A stretch of 64,000 nucleotides of DNA. It comes from the human T2T-CHM13v2.0 reference genome, Homo sapiens. Position 1 is the stretch's first letter; every line of letters begins with the position of its first letter. The notes beneath the pieces were generated by a model. The model had not been told where the DNA came from, ran no database searches, and saw only the letters and a program-made list of their open reading frames with translations. The translations under genes were made by a program, and so were the position numbers. Of this stretch, positions 42,620-57,100 are shown piece by piece. Location of the stretch: assembly GCF_009914755.1 (NCBI RefSeq), contig NC_060929.1; one strand, 5' to 3'.

Positions 42620-44390
42620 GATTGCAGCCTCTGCCCGGCTGCCACCCCGTCTGGGAAGTGAGGAGCGTCTCTGCCTGGCCGCCCATCGTCTGGGATGTGA
42701 GGAGCCCCTCTGCCTGGCTGCCCAGTCTGGAAAGTGAGGAGCGTCTCCGCCCGGCCGCCATCCCATCTAGGAAGTGAGGAGCGCCTCTTCCCAGCCGCCA
42801 TCACATCTAGGAAGTGAGGAGCATCTCTGCCCGGCCGCCCATCCTCTGAGATGTGGGGAGCGCCTCTGCCCCGCCGCCCCATCTGGGATGTGAGGAGCGC
42901 CTCTGCCCGGCCGAGACCCCGTCTGGGAGGTGAGGAGCATCTCTGCCCGGCCGCCCCGTCTGAGAAGTGAGGAGACCCTCTGCCGGGCAACCACCCCGTC
43001 TGAGAAGTGAGGAGCCCCTCCGCCCGGCAGCTGCCCCGTCTGAGAAGTGAGGAGCCTCTCCGCCCGGCAGCCACCCCATCTGGGAAGTGAGGAGCGTCTC
43101 CGCCCGGCAGCCACCCCGTCCGGGAGGGAGGTGGGGGGGGGTCAGCCCCCCGCCCGGCCAGCCGCCCCGTCCGGGAGGGAGGTGGGGGGGTCAGCCCCCC
43201 GCCTGGCCAGCCGCCCCGTCCGGGAGGGAGGTGGGGGGGTGAGCCCTCCGCCCGGCCAGCCGCCCCGTCTGGGAGGTGAGGGGCGCCTCTGCCCGGCCGC
43301 CCCTACTGGGAAGTGAGGAGCCCCTCTGCCCGGCCAGCCGCCCCGTCCGGGAGGGAGGTGGGGGGGTCGGCCCCCCGCCCGGCCAGCCGCCCCGTCCGGG
43401 AGGGAGGTGGGGGGGTGAGCCCTCCGCCCGGCCAGCCGCCCCGTCTGGGAGGTGAGGGGCGCCTCTGCCCGGCCGCCCCTACTGGGAAGTGAGGAGCCCC
43501 TCTGCCCGGCCAGCCGCCCCGTCCGGGAGGGAGGTGGGGGGGTCGGCCCCCCGCCGGGCCAGCCGCCCCGTCCGGGAGGGAGGTGGGGGGGTCAGCCCTC
43601 CGCCCGGCCAGCCGCCCCGTCCGGGAGGGAGGTGGGGGGGTCAGCCCCCCGCCCGGCCAGCCGCCCCGTCCGGGAGGGAGGTGGGGGGGGTCAGCCCCCC
43701 CGCCCGGCCAGCCGCCCCGTCCGGGAGGTGAGGGGCGCCTCTGCCCGGCCGCCCCTACTGGGAAGTGAGGAGCCCCTCTGCCCGGCCAGCCGCCCTGTCC
43801 GGGAGGGAGGTGGGGATGTCGGCCCCCCGCCCGGCCAGCCGCCCCGTCCGGGAGGGAGGTGGGGGGGTCAGCCCCCCGCCCGGCCAGCCACCCCGTCCGG
43901 GAGGGAGGTGGGGGGGGTCAGCTCCCCCACCCGGCCAGCCGCCCCGTCCGGGAGGTGAGGGGCGCCTCTGCCCGGCCGCCCCTACTGGGAAGTGAGGAGC
44001 CCCTCTGCCCGGCCAGCCGCCCCGTCCGGGAGGGAGGTGGGGGTGTCAGCCCCCCGCCTGGCCAGCCGCCCCGTCCGGGAGGGAGGTGGGGGGAGTCAGC
44101 CCCCCCGCCCGGCCAGCCGCCCCGTCCGGGAGGTGAGGGGCGCCTCTGCCCGGCCGCCCCTACTGGGAAGTGAGGAGCCCCTCTGCCCGGCCAGCCGCCC
44201 CGTCCGGGAGGGAGGTTGGGGGGTCAACCCCCCGCCCGGCCAGCCGCCCCGTCCGGGAGGGAGGTGGGGGGGGGGGTCAGCCCCCCTGCCCGGCCAGCCG
44301 CCCCGTCCGGGAGGTGAGGGGCGCCTCTGCCCGGCCGCCCCTACTGGGAGGTGAGGAGCCCCTCTGCCCGGCCACCACCCCGTCTGGGAG
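42620..44390 (+). repeat. SVA VNTR, GC/CpG-rich (~37-50 bp units)
   Basis: Recurrent GCCCGGCCAGCCGCCCCGTCCGGGAGGGAGGTGGGGGGG and CCCCTACTGGGAAGTGAGGAGCCCCTCT units. Confidence 0.93.
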
Positions 44391-45117
44391 GTGTGCCCAA
44401 CAGCTCATTGAGAACGGGCCAGGATGACAATGGCGGCTTTGTGGAATAGAAAGGCGGGAAAGGTGGGGAAAAGATTGAGAAATCGGATGGTTGCCGTGTC
44501 TGTGTAGAAAGAAGTAGACATGGGAGACTTTTCATTTTGTTCTGCACTAAGAAAAATTCCTCTCTCTTGGGATCCTGTTGATCTGTGACCTTACCCCCAA
44601 CCCTGTGCTCTCTGAAACATGTGCTGTGTCCACTCAGGATTAAATGGATTAAGGGCGGTGCAAAAAAAAAAAAAAAAAAAGAAAGAAAGAAAAAAAGAAA
44701 ATATGTAAATAAAGAGAGATAATGTACCATAAAAAAAAAAAAAAAAAAAAAGATTTATTGGGTAAATATTTGAAGACAATATATAAAAACTGGAATAGGA
44801 GCTACTTGGTAGGTTATTAAGTGTCTCTCATATACATTTCAGAAACACCAACCTGTATTAGCAGAATAGCTGTATATTGTTATAGTACTTTGAGTAGTGC
44901 CAAAGGCTTCTCTGCTTTAGATACTTTTGAAAACACCAAATTTCAGGGTTATGATTAAAATTCTAATCAGCTTTATTCTAAAATGAGTTTTCAGATATTT
45001 AATCACTTCCTAAAATGATTAAAAACATGTTGTTATTATTGTCTATATTTTTAGACAATGTTAGTAAAATAAAATATTTCCATATTATCCCTGATCTGTA
45101 ATCATTAAATGCAATCA

Positions 45118-45500
<383 letters not shown>

Positions 45501-45569
45501 CTATTATTCACTTGCAGAAGACACTATTAAAGTATTTTTAAATTTTTAATTAATTATTCTATCACTCAC

Positions 45570-45691
45570 CTTTTGTAGCCAAATTGAGACACAAGGTTTG
45601 TGAAAGAAATGGTGACAGGGCAACTCTGTTGCTATATCATCCTTAATATACTCACTGCAACAGATTGGACAGCATTGTTCCTGACCAATAG
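45570..45691 (-). CDS. PJA2: PJA2 coding exon (probably exon 9), RING-H2 N-terminal part: (A)[40 protein letters not shown]
   Basis: 122-bp exon. Acceptor TTTTCAG and donor AAG|GTGAGT. Zn-ligand pattern C-x2-C...C-x-H-x2-H-x2-C. Visible inside ORF 45546..45758. Confidence 0.97.
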
Positions 45692-46084
45692 CTGAAAACA
45701 ACAAATAATTCAGGTCAATCACACGTAGTTCAATTTTAGTAAAACTGAAAAGCAACATATTATACTCATAGAAGATACCTCTGAAAGACGAAAGAGCCAG
45801 TCTTTGACCAGTTAATTGGCAGGCATTTCTGTCTAATACTTGGCAATTTGGAATCTAATAAATACTGCTTTGTAAAAAAGCTGACAGAGGAACATTTGTC
45901 TCAGCCTATCGCTTGAAAATTAAAAATATTCTTGTACTAGGTGAAAGTTTGTGAGCATCTGGTTTCTATAAAAAAAATCTAGTGAAAGTTTCTAATAATC
46001 AAGTATTTAATTATCTAGGTATATTGATAATATACTTAAATGTACAATGTGTTCTTCAACATTTGAGATCAACTTTGCCCTTAC

Positions 46085-46199
46085 CAGTGTGATCTTCAAG
46101 AACAAGGGTCTCTGGAAGACCATCAATGCTTTCCTTACTAGCTGGTGGATTGGCCACCTCAACATCCACTGCAAGAGACTCTAAATGGGCCAGAGCAGT
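46085..46199 (-). CDS. PJA2: PJA2 internal coding exon (probably exon 8): [38 protein letters not shown]
   Basis: 115-bp exon. Acceptor TTTTTCAG and donor CTG|GTAAG. Contains the PPASKESID motif typical of the segment before RING-H2 domains. Starts in phase 0 and ends in phase 1, matching both neighbours. Confidence 0.95.
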
Positions 46200-46440
46200 C
46201 TGAAAAACAAAAGGTACAGTTCTTTGTTAGAAATACTTTAAAACAGTAACAGAAAACTATTTTTAGGGTATCTCCAAAATTATATCACCATTATTCTCTT
46301 TTTGTTAGTTTCTTTTGCTTTAGTCATTTGCTCCTTTTGCCTCTTCAGAAGGAACTACCACCATCACCAACAAACCAAAACATTAAATATACACGCAGAG
46401 CCCAACTTTCTACATGTGAAATAAAAATATACCTTGTCTC

Positions 46441-46924
<484 letters not shown>

Positions 46925-47679
46925 TCAATAATCATCTACTTCTCCGTATTTATATTTTGAAGGAGTGGTTACTTTTTCCAACTATTGGTTCCTATGTGAG
47001 ATCAATAACATGAAAGAAAATAATAAACATTTTGGAAAGGTTCACTTCATGAAAGATAAAATGTGGCTGAGGCTACTAGAAGCTCCAGGTATGGAAGCAA
47101 ATAATGCACTCCTGAATGGCTACATCTACTACTGGCATGGATTTGGCGCACCCACATTACCAGCTCACAAGTATTACTAGGTTATCTGGGTTGTGAATTT
47201 CATTTACAGGTTCAAATATCTGTGTCAAATTACTGTTCTAAGAAGGATGGAAAGAACATCAGATCATGTGATCATCTGGGATGCGTCATCCTCATCCTTT
47301 CTGGCTCTAATTAGACTAGAATGGCAGTTGAGACTTTTGTCTTTTTGTCTGCAACCTGTACAATTACTTGCTCTTGGTGCACATGCTGCTTCCCCTGCCT
47401 GGTGCTTTCTGTCCATCCTTTAAGTCCTATCACTCCCTCTGGGACTGCGTAAGTCCTGTCTCTTCCATGAGGCCTATGTCAGTGGTCCTAGACTGCACGA
47501 GTATCCTTCTGAACTGCTACTGTATTCAAAGAATTGGTATTACACCGTTTAATTATTACTTGTTAGTATTATATCCTAATTACAGCATCATAAGATCATG
47601 GAGCTATGAAAGACCTTGGCTTCTTTTTAGGGATGAAAAACCTGAAGGAAATTTGACAACTATCAAAACTGGGCCTCCC

Positions 47680-48260
47680 CTCCTGGTTGGAGTGCAGAAT
47701 ATTACAGCTGCTAGAGAAAACAGCCCAACAATTCCTCAAAATTAAAAACAGAATTATCACATAATCCAGCAATTCTAGTTCTGGGTATACACCCAAAAAG
47801 AACTGAAAACAGGGACTAAAACAAGTATCTGTACACCCATGTTCACTGCAGCATTATTCACAAGAGCCAAAAGGTGGAAGCAAATCAACTGTTCATTGGT
47901 GGATGGATGAATATGCAAAATGTGATATACACATACAGTGAAATATTACTCCGCCTTGAAAAGGAAGGAAATTCTAACACATGCCACGACATGGATGAAC
48001 CTTGAAGACATTATGCTAAATGAAATAAGCCAGTCACAGAAAGATAAGTACTGTATGATTCTTACATGAGATACCTAAAGTAGTCAAATTCATTGAGACA
48101 GAAAACAGAATGGTGGTTGCCAGGGGCTGGAAAGATGGGAAAATGGGGAGTTACTGTTTACAGCAATGTGAATACACTTGATTACACTGAACTGTACACT
48201 TTAAAAAACTGTAGCAATAGTAAATTTTATATTATGTTTATTTTACCATAATAAAAAAAA
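47680..48260 (+). mobile_element. L1MB-like 3' fragment
   Basis: ORF2-end motifs ATCCAGCAATTC...CATGTTCACTGCAGCATTATTCAC...ATGGATGAACCTTGAAGACATTATGCTAA, ending in AATAAAAAAAAA. Confidence 0.8.
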
Positions 48261-48569
48261 ATGAACAAGCCAGGTTTCCCATATAGAAGAAGAATTCTGC
48301 CTGATAGCTTAGCTAACACTCTATTCTTCTGGATGGCAAACATAATATTTATACATGCCTAAGGTCCTACCATAGATATTCCCAAAAAGAATTTGAGATG
48401 ACTTATAATAGGGATTACAACTTGCCTTGGGCCAAGCCCAAAGCAAAATCAGGACTAAAAAAGGAAAAAGCAAAACGGTTCACAAAGAGTTAATAAACAT
48501 AGTTAATATTATTGAACACTAAATTTGACTCTGGATATGCAGAGAAACACTGCAAAAAGAAAGAAACAC

Positions 48570-51250
48570 TGTTCCAGTAATTGAATTATTGCTTCTCAGC
48601 TCCAAATACACCTTTCATTTCTGCCCTTTGAAAACAGATTTGGGCCTTTTAAATATTTTTCCTTTTGTTAGCTGACATGATTTTAAGTTTTGTCAGCAGA
48701 AGGTGCTGGAGAGACACAAGGAAAGGACTTTGCTTCATGGTTCCCTTGGGCTTGCCCCTGCAGTGTGCCAGGCTTCCCTGTGCACAGATGGCTTCTCCAG
48801 CATCAGACTCCTCCAGTGTGGGTGGCTTCTCCAGTGCCTGGCTCTTGAAGCACATGCTGCTTATCCAGTAACTGGTAATTACAGGACAAGGTTGCCAGCA
48901 GCTTCTCCTTGTACTCATCTTAGGTGCTTCTGCAGCAGAGTACCTAGGGGCTTGGTCACATCACTGTGAAGTTTCTCTTGCCCCAGAGGGCAGATTTTTG
49001 CCATGTTCCAGAAGGCAAATTTCCAGCAAGTTCTGCCAGCACAGTACCATAAATACTCCTCCATAAGCCATGGCTGTGTCCTTCCCAATAAGGTCTGGCT
49101 CTCAGCCTTAGACAGGAGGGAAGTAGAGTGCTCCATCTCAGCCCTAAAGCTGTTTCTTAAATCTGCTAATCCTATATTCTTTAGAGTTTGCTTTACTTCC
49201 TACTAGCCAATCCCTTGGTATTCTAAACTTCTGTTGCAGTTAATATTTACAGTAAATTTTCCCTGTTCAAATTACTGTATTTCTCTCTCTTGGGACTGAA
49301 CTCAGACTGGTACAGAATTCATATTAAGAGTGGTCCCGGGACACAGAACTGGCAAGAAAAGGATTTGGGGGTTGGTTTGGTTACACCTGTTGAGCTTGAG
49401 CTCAGTGTTGAGCTCCTTGCCAATGAGAATGGGATGCTATTAATCCATAGTCTGTAGTGGCATCACAATTAATCAAGGTATCACTGTGGTTGACAGTGAT
49501 GAAGATCCAACTGAAGCATGTGTCTTGAAAGCCCAGATAGCTCCTATACTTGATCTTACGGCAACAGTGATCTAACTGTAAAAATCGTGATGTGAGATGG
49601 ATTATTAAGAGTGCCCTTGTGCACTTACAGAAAAAAATTACAAACTCAGGTCTCTTAAACCTCACAATAGGGTATGAGAGACAGAAAGCATCCACGACAG
49701 CCCTAAAAGATGCTCTTGCTCCTAAAAATCAAACGCAAAATGTAATTGTGTGGATCGCTAAATGAAAATTAGAGTTGACTTCTTAGTCTCATCAAATTTC
49801 TCAAAAGTTTTACCATTGATTGGTTAAGGAATAAGATTCTGAAACCTGGAATGAAGACATCTGACTGAACTCTGAGGAAACTGATAACTTTGAATCCCCA
49901 AGTCACTCTGAGCCTCCTGTTACCAGTAGAAACAGTGTGCCCTCCACAGACTAGGCTTCCTCTACTTGAAAACCCTGTGATAATCTCACCTGGAGTGTGA
50001 ATCTCTTACTGCTTTCATGCCCAACAGTAAAGTTACCAGAACTACAGCAGACAAAAAAAGAAAGAACTGAAGATATAAACAGTGTAGGTCTGGGTTATTC
50101 TACCAAGTAAAGAATCCTAACCAGCTGAGTGAGCTTCTGGCTGAGGGCAGGGAAAATATGACTGGGTCATGGAAGAAAGAAGTTATAGCTATCATTCAGT
50201 CTCATGAGCAAATACAGAACAAGGATTAGTAATTCTGCATATTTTATGTGCTTGTTTTATGTATGTGCTTATTTATATATGTTAACAGTTTACTTTTCCT
50301 CTTTCCCATTTCTATTTCAATATGCCAGTTGTTGGAAGTTAAATTTGCAATTTAGTCTTTATATAAGAGAATATTCAGTGTTACTATGAATGTGTGGAGT
50401 AATGCATAACTAGCGATGGATACAATGCCTCTTGGAACTAGCCATCTGCTCATTCTGGGAAATGGGTGAAACTTCATTTGTAGTAATAGCTGTATTTTGT
50501 TGGGTGGAAATACAATTCTATTGATGGATGGAAATTTAAATGTGCATTGAAAGGTATATATGGAAGCCAAGTTATCAAAGTGCTGGAATGTTCCATTTAT
50601 GGAATTATTGCTCCACAAATCCATATTCACTATTGTGTCGGCTCTGTGAAAATCTGGGCTGTTTAAATACTTTCCCTCCTAACAGCTGGCATGATGCTAA
50701 GCTTTGTTCACAGAGGATGTTGAAGAACACTGCTGGAGGAAAGGGCCTTCCTTCTGTCCCAGTGTGCTTGCTTGACAGAGCACACTGGGACTAGAGTGAT
50801 GTTCGTGGCTTTCTCTAGCACTAGACTCAGTGCACACAGCTTCTCTAGCAGCCAGTTCCTGTAATGCACTTAGTAGGTGGCAGCCTCCCCCAGCATCCAT
50901 GTTGGACAGTTCTGCAGTACAGCACTTCCAGTTAGAAACCTTCCTATGAATAGCTTTCCTCAGCACCCTAAGAGAGCTGACTTCCAGCAAGTTTCACCAG
51001 CACATACCCAAGTGACTTCTCTCTCATACAGCAAGCCACAGCTGTGCCATTTCCATCAAGGTGACCTCAGCCCTGAGATGGACTAGGGACTCTTCCTTGG
51101 GTTGTCCTAGCTTTGCCAGACAGGTGGTGGCTGCTCCTTATATGCGCTTTTCCCATATTCTGTGTAATTATCTTTATTTCCTCCTAGCCAATCCCTTGTT
51201 ACTCTACTTCTTTGTTCTAGTTTAGAATTCCTTATATTGAACTTTCCCAT
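48570..51250 (+). mobile_element. Internally deleted ERVL provirus relic with two LTRs (LTR41-like)
   Basis: Homologous LTR starts TGTTCCAGTAATTGAATTATTGCT (48570) and TGTTCCATTTATGGAATTATTGCT (50589). Both share CTAGCCAATCCCTT. The 5' LTR ends TGGTACA (49314). A PPT-like GCCAAGTTATCAAAGTGCTGGAA precedes LTR2. Confidence 0.7.
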
Positions 51251-51959
51251 TGCAAGATAGGAAATGGAAGGTAAGATCCTGTTATCAGTCCCTTTCCTTC
51301 TCACATAGCTATAATTATGAATCTCCTCCAATTCCCCATATGTACTACTCAAGATAGAACCTGCTTGCAAGAACTCATTTGTGCTACACATAAACAGAAA
51401 TAAGGGATGTTATTTATAGTAACTTTCATTTGGGGAGGTTATTCCAGGCTAATTATGCTTTGATATATGTTTGTCTCAATGGGTTCATTATCTCTTTCTA
51501 ATGATTATCTGCATATTTGCAGTGCTAGTAACACCTGAAATTTCATATATGTAAAAATAATTTATTGCCTTGGTACTGTCATATATTTAAGATGATCCAG
51601 GATCACTTATAAGCAACACAAGCAAAAGATAGCCTTTTAAGCCACTAGTATGAAAATCTATAAAAATTAAAAAAAAAAAAACTATCTATACCTTTAGGCA
51701 GTACAATGTATTTACAATAGTTAGTCGAAGAGGCAGAAAGACAACTAGCCTAAATCACCCTATCTAGAATACATGTAGGTTTAAAGTAGCATAATCCTTT
51801 ATCAGCATAAAATTTTGTTCTAAAGAATAAAATACAATTCAGTTTTTAAAGAACGAAGATAGTAATACCGATTCTGAATGATCACCACTGAATCCAGATT
51901 TGTTCACTGATTACACCAGTTAGTTGACTATTGATTTGAATAAACCTATATGAATATAC

Positions 51960-52160
51960 TATTTACTGAGAGATTCCCAATACAACCAGGTATTTTGCTA
52001 AAGGCTTTAACACAATCTCACAATAACCCATCAGGTAGATTTTATTATTCCCATTTTGTAAATGAAGACGCTAAAGCTCAGAGAAGTTAAGTGAATTGTC
52101 CAAGGTCACACAGCCAAACTCTTTAACACAAAAGCCCACCTTCTAAACCTCCACATTACA
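51960..52160 (-). mobile_element. MIR
   Basis: ATTATTCCCATTTTGTAAATGAAGACGCTAAAGCTCAGAGAAGTTAAGTGAATTGTCCAAGGTCACACAGC core. Confidence 0.75.
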
Positions 52161-54145
52161 GCCTTCCTAGTGCCTATACCTGGGTGTATACAGGTGCTAT
52201 TGTGAGTATGTAAAGACTTTACAAGGGGCCCGTGGGTATGGACAGTCTTAAGATAATCAGTTTCAATAAGCTTTCATAGGTAAAATCTTTCTTCGAACTG
52301 ATCCACATAAGAATGCACCTGCAGTATATCATGCTGGTTCTCTGTTCTAACATTCTGTTTATACTTGCCTTTCTTCCACTTTATAAATAAAAGCATACTT
52401 CTTACCCATTCACAGGGACAATCTGAAGTACTGAGGTAGAACTGAACTCTAATGACTAAGTAACAAATCTTTTGGGTGGCTTCCAATCCTTTGCTTAAAA
52501 AAAAAAAAAAAAACGGAAGGAATCTAAAGAATATCTAGACAAGTTGATGTGATTCTGGGCAAATATCTCAAAAGAATTCAGTGACAATGCCATAATAAAC
52601 TCCTTCCATTCCTATTAATTTATTTAGGTGAACAACGTTTTTCAACCTTACATTCATAAGATGAAAATCAGAAGTAAATTTATGCTGAAATATGTCTCAT
52701 TCCGGTAATAAATAAAATTCACTCATAACTGGGAAAGGAAAATGCCTCCATCTCATTAGATTCACTTCCTACAAAACACTTACCAAAATTCATAATTTAT
52801 TTTTGATTATTTGGATACTATTAATTGTAACTCAATTTAACCACTTTTTATATTAAAAATTTTAAACATTTTTCTAGCGAAGAAGTATGATAAAATAACT
52901 AATACTACCTAGATTTATGCTGAAAAATTTTAGATGTCAACATAAATGTGCAAGGGGATTTTTTCAAAATCCATTTTGAAAAGTAGAAAAGTTTCAAAAG
53001 GTTAAAGACGTTTAAGGTTTTACCCTCTCCTCACTCAAATTAGAGACACAGATATAAGGAGACAAATACATACTGCCAGTATTTTCACCAAAAGCCACTA
53101 CCTGAAAACAATGACCAATCTAGTATTGGGAAAATAACAGAAATGAAAGCAACTACTTCCAAAAAGTTATAGGGCTGCTTGAGAAACAAACAAACAAAAA
53201 CAAGCAGTTTGTTTTGTTTTTGTTTCATTTAAAGAGTGTTAGTGTTAAATATAAAAGAAATAATCATAAATTATTTTTGTTTCATTTTAAAAAATGATTA
53301 AATAAATGCATACTGAACACAGAAAAACAGATTTCTGAAGAGTGACAGGAAGACAACTGTATTGATTTTCTAGGAGTGAAACATCTCAATCAAATTCAAA
53401 TAAATTAAATCAGAGCACTAAAATGTGAAGAAGCTGATAAGCTTTAGAGGAGAGAGATGCTTAAAGCCATTAAACACAGGCAGAAGTATAGACTGGTAGG
53501 AATAATGCCACTGAGTTCACTATTGGTAGAAGCCAACAATGTTTGAGACTGCAAGCTCTTGCTTGCCTTTTGTCTTAGTTCACTGCTAGTGCCTTTACTT
53601 AGCATGACCTCTCAAGACCAGTCTCTCTGGCTCTTCTTTCAAGATGCCAAATGTCACATTCCCCACTAGTAATAAATACTAAAACATTTTATTCTCAACA
53701 CTTCTTTTTAAAGTTATCTCCATATTGTAGGAAATCATAAACCACTAGCATAAAATGAAAGACTAAATGTTGTGAAATCAGACCCTAGAACAGATCACTC
53801 AAAGAGTTATTTAGCACAACGAAATGAGTGATCCTTAATCTTTATGTATTTCTGATGCAAGTTACCATGCTATACCATTATTTCTTATGTGTCAGAATTT
53901 GCCAAGGCAGGTTAAATAATTTGGCAAAAATCCTAATTGTATCCTATCTCATGATGTTCTTTCTGACTTTTTTCCTAGTATAGAGTATTTCTGCTATGGT
54001 TACTTTGAGAAAAACACTCACCATAAAGCGTAATTGAAAGCAATCTCCATGGACAGTTATATATGTAAAAAAAGTGATGACAAAGCAGAGCTAGCATAAA
54101 TGTATGTGAACATGTATATGCATGCATGTGTGTGCACAGATGGAC

Positions 54146-57100
54146 AGATATCTAATATCTATAGATATCTATATTAGATATGTATATATTAGATATCTAT
54201 AATATCTATAGACATCTATATATTAGATATCTACAATATCATAGACATCTATATATTAGATATCTATATCTATAGACATCTATATATTAGATACCTATAA
54301 TATCATAGACATCTATATATTAGATACCTATTATATCTATAGACATCTATATATTAGATACCTATATCTATAGATATCTATATATTAGATACCTATATCA
54401 TAGACATCTATATATTAGATACCTATTATATCTATAGACATCTATATATTAGATACCTATATCTATAGACATCTATATATTAGATACCTATATCTAGATA
54501 TCTATATATTAGATACCTATAATATCTATAGATATCTATATATTAGATATCTATAATATCTATAGATATCTATATATTAGATACCTATAATATCTATAGA
54601 TATCTATATATTAGATACCTATAATATCATAGACATCTATATATTAGATATCTATAATATCTATAGATATCTATATATTAGATACCTATAATATCATAGA
54701 CATCTATATATTAGATACCTATTATATCTATAGACATCTATATATTAGATACCTATATCTATAGACATCTATATATTAGATACCTATATCTATAGATATC
54801 TAATATATTAGATATCTATAATATCTATAGATATCTAATATATTAGATATCTATAATATCATAGATATCTATATATTAGATATCTATAATATCATAGACA
54901 TCTATATATTAGATATCTATAATATCATAGACATCTATATATTAGATACCTATATCATAGATATCTATATATTAGATACCTATTATATCTACAGACATCT
55001 ATATATTAGATACCTATTATATCTACAGACATCTATATATTAGATACCTATATCTAGATATCTAGATTAGATATCTATGATATCTAGAGATATCTATAGA
55101 TTAGATGTCTATGATATCTAGAGATATCTATAGATTAGATGTCTATGATATCTAGAGATATCTATAGATTAGATGTCTATGATATCTAGAGATATCTATA
55201 GATTAGATGTCTATGATATCTAGAGATATCTATAGATTAGATGTCTATGATATCTAGAGATATCTATAGATTAGATGTCTATGATATCTAGAGATATCTA
55301 TAGATTAGATGTCTATGATATCTAGAGATATCTATAGATTAGATGTCTATGATATCTAGAGATATCTATAGATTAGATGTCTATGATATCTAGAGATATC
55401 TATAGATTAGATATCTATATCTAGAGATATCTATAGATTAGATATCTATGATATCTAGAGATATCTATAGATTAGATATCTATATCAAGAGATGTCTATA
55501 GATTAGATATCTATATCTAGAGATGTCTATAGATTAGATATCTATGATATCTAGAGATGTCTATAGAGTAGATATCTATGATGTCTAGAGATGTCTATAG
55601 ATTAGATATCTATGATGTCTAGAGATATCTATAGATTAGATATCTATGATGTCTAGAGATATCTATAGATTAGATATCTATGATGTCTAGAGATATCTAT
55701 AGATTAGATATCTATGATATCTAGAGATATCTATAGATTAGATATCTATGATATCTAGAGATATCTATAGATTAGATATCTATGATATCTAGAGATATCT
55801 ATAGATTAGATATCTATGATATCTAGAGATATCTATAGATTAGATATCTATGCTATCTAGAGATATCTATAGATTAGATATCTATGCTATCTAGAGATAT
55901 CTATAGATTAGATATCTGTGATATCTAGAGATATCTATAGATTGGATATCTATATCTAGAGATATCTATAGATTGGATATCTATGATATCTAGAGATATC
56001 TATAGATTAGATATCTATGATATCTAGAGATATCTATAGATTAGATAGATATCTAGAGATATCTATAGATTAGATATCTATGATATCTAGAGATATCTAT
56101 AGATTAGATATCTATGATATCTAGAGATATCTATAGATTAGATATCTATGATATCTAGAGATATCTATAGATTAGATATCTATGATATCTAGAGATATCT
56201 ATAGATTAGATATCTATGATATCTAGAGATATCTATAGATTAGATATCTATGATATCTAGAGATATCTATAGATTAGATATCTATGATATCTAGAGATAT
56301 CTATAGATTAGATATCTATGATATCTAGAGATATCTATAGATTAGATATCTATGATATCTAGAGATATCTATAGATTAGATATCTATGATATCTAGAGAT
56401 ATCTATAGATTAGATATCTATATCTAGAGATGTCTATAGATTAGATATCTATGATATCTAGAGATGTCTATAGATTAGATATCTATGATGTCTAGAGATT
56501 TCTATAGATTAGATATCTATGATGTCTAGAGATTTCTATAGATTAGATATCTATGATGTCTAGAGATATCTATAGATTAGATATCTATGATATCTAGAGA
56601 TATCTATAGATTAGATATCGATATCTAGAGATATCTATAGATTAGATATCTATATCTAGAGATATCTATAGATTAGATATCTATGATATCTCGAGATATC
56701 TATAGATTAGATATCTATGATATCTCGAGATATCTATAGATTAGATATCTATGATATCTCGAGATATCTATAGATTAGATATCTATGATATCTAGAGATA
56801 TCTATAGATTAGATATCTATGATATCTAGAGATATCTATAGATTAGATATCTATGATATCTAGAGATATCTATAGATTAGATATCTATGATATCTAGAGA
56901 TATCTATAGATTAGATATCTATGATATCTAGAGATATCTATAGATTAGATATCTATGATATCTAGAGATATCTATAGATTAGATATCTATGATATCTAGA
57001 GATATCTATAGATTGGATATCTATATCTAGAGATATCTATAGATTAGATATCTATGATATCTAGAGATATCTATAGATTCGATATCTATGATATCTAGAG

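Larger units (their letters stand above)
42074..44750 (+). mobile_element. SVA retrotransposon (SVA_F-like, human-specific), 5'-complete, SINE-R 3'-truncated, with short 3' transduction; antisense to PJA2
   Basis: Order of parts: (CCCTCT)31, Alu-like domain (~42264-42620), GC-rich VNTR (~42620-44390), SINE-R (~44390-44661), two poly(A) tracts. TSD AAGATTTATTGGGT at 42060-42073 and 44750-44763. Confidence 0.97.

Noticed and set aside
42404-44779. Many Pro/Arg/Gly-rich ORFs
   Set aside because: Stop-poor GC-rich SVA VNTR and SINE-R sequence. SVA is non-coding.
45546-45758. Stand-alone 70-aa RING ORF
   Set aside because: Only 45570-45691 is exon. The flanks are intron, and the RING is completed in the exon at 38687-38812.
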